A stretch of 64,000 nucleotides of DNA from a virus, in IMG/VR virus record IMGVR_UViG_3300006141_000001; one strand, written 5' to 3'. Below, piece after piece: positions 63,126-64,000 of the stretch (position 1 is its first letter; every line of letters begins with the position of its first letter). The position numbers and the translations under genes were made by a program. Under the pieces are notes generated by a model. It had not been told where the DNA came from and did no database searches. It saw nothing but the letters and a program-made list of their open reading frames with translations.

Positions 63126-63890
63126 TCAATCTACCACTGGAATAATGTCTTCATAGTATCCACTTTTTCTAAGCAATTTTCTTACATAATCAAGACCAAT
63201 TTTAGTTCCATATGTAACGCTGCGGATTTTCCCATCATGGCAAGGTGTTTCCTTAACTACAAATTTACCTTCTTTCCTAAATCTCTCATAAGGTATATTC
63301 ACCATATCTTTGTCATAAAAGAATACTTTCTTATTCCTAAGAAAAGCAAATAATTTATATTCTCCAATTCTAAGCTCTTTTGCCATTGTGTTGATACTCA
63401 TAAGGCCTTCAGTATTCATTAAATCATCATAAAACTGCTTCAATTCCCTATTTTGCCTAATTAGATCATTGACCATTTCTGTCTGAACTTCCTTTGAAAA
63501 TGATGGGAAATATTTACTCACCATTTCTTCCTCACGTCCTTCTGTAATTGCTGCACCTGTTAGGCGGATTGACTTAAGATATTGTTTGATTTCTTTTTTC
63601 ATCTGCTTTGCGATAGGTTTTTTAGATTGCATACAGCATTCATACAATCCATCTTCTGTCAGAAACCATGCTTCTGTTTGGTAATTTGAACCGCTCGTAC
63701 AAAATTTACGAGTGGTTTTTTCATCATCGTCTACAGTTTTTAGCATCTTACTTACGTTTGAAATAGAATAATCAATCCATTCTGCAACATCCTTAGCTAA
63801 AAATAACGGATTTTCAATACTATTGTACATTTGAATACTTTTCCCAAGAATTTCAGTTTCTTGAATTACTGTTAAAATTTTTTCTTCCAT
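63126..63890 (-). CDS. phage antirepressor-like protein (Bro-N/KilA-C type)
   Basis: C-terminal INTMAKELRIGEYKLFAFLR (KilA-C-like) and N-terminal NPLFLAKDVAEWIDYS. Confidence 0.55.
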   Translation of the reverse strand: MEEKILTVIQETEILGKSIQMYNSIENPLFLAKDVAEWIDYSISNVSKMLKTVDDDEKTTRKFCTSGSNYQTEAWFLTEDGLYECCMQSKKPIAKQMKKEIKQYLKSIRLTGAAITEGREEEMVSKYFPSFSKEVQTEMVNDLIRQNRELKQFYDDLMNTEGLMSINTMAKELRIGEYKLFAFLRNKKVFFYDKDMVNIPYERFRKEGKFVVKETPCHDGKIRSVTYGTKIGLDYVRKLLRKSGYYEDIIPVVD

Positions 63891-64000
63891 ATTCTATCAT
63901 TTCCTTTCTGTGAATAAATTCTGATCAATAGTTCCAATAACCACTTCTCAAAATTTTCAGCATTATTTCCAAAATTATACATGCGATACTAACTATTTAA

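Noticed and set aside
1-64000. Genome-wide stop-codon reassignment (TAG or TGA recoding).
   Set aside because: Most genes end at normal TAA, TGA or TAG stops, with tight intergenic spacing and proper downstream starts. Only one in-frame TAG case (31520) was seen.

Overview
This window is an AT-rich phage or prophage-like region of about 33% GC. It is very densely coded, and all but one recognisable gene lie on the minus strand. Frequent GGAGG-type Shine-Dalgarno motifs suggest a Firmicutes host. I saw no structural or packaging genes; the content is an accessory region of nucleic-acid and nucleotide-metabolism enzymes.

The most striking module (41.2-45.1 kb) is a contiguous five-gene block: an isochorismatase-fold nicotinamidase (PncA-like), a small HD-like protein, PncB, an NMNAT/NadD-type adenylyltransferase and NadE. 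Together these make a complete nicotinamide-to-NAD+ salvage route. I read this as a candidate phage NAD+ reconstitution (anti-NAD-depletion) system, using different enzymes from the published NARP1 and NARP2 pathways.

The second theme is a dispersed RNA or tRNA repair and modification toolkit. It has two ATP-dependent RNA-ligase-like genes (one apparently frameshifted), a P-loop polynucleotide kinase fused to an HD phosphohydrolase, and a Thg1-like 3'-5' nucleotidyltransferase. It also has a Pol-beta nucleotidyltransferase, a DHH/DHHA1 phosphoesterase, a DEDDh exonuclease, a calcineurin-like phosphoesterase and an RlmN-like radical-SAM enzyme.

Other content, in order of interest:
- DNA-modification genes: a Dam-like methyltransferase, a split beta-class amino-methyltransferase, a multi-TRD C5-cytosine methyltransferase, a PAPS-reductase/DndC-like PP-loop protein, a DUF262 protein and an HNH endonuclease.
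- An SPFH/vWA/DUF488 membrane cluster.
- A PurA/PurZ-like enzyme sitting next to a second vWA protein.
- Two paralogues that share a T4-capsid-targeting-like N-terminal leader (MK[IV]R[GQ]DFVTNSSSSSF) and flank a SPASM-type Fe-S protein.
- A sigma-factor-like gene.
- A MazF-like gene and an HTH regulator around a palindromic operator region.
- Lar-like zinc-ribbon proteins and an antirepressor.

Non-coding oddities include two clusters of four AGAAGGAAG-N9-10-ATAGCC repeats flanking a 705-aa gene, a permuted tRNA-like element, a second non-canonical tRNA-like locus, duplicated ~110-nt gene leaders, and an in-frame TAG after a strong RBS.

Several ORFs are interrupted by single-base frameshifts, often in A-rich stretches. 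These may be assembly errors rather than real pseudogenes, so I treat them cautiously.
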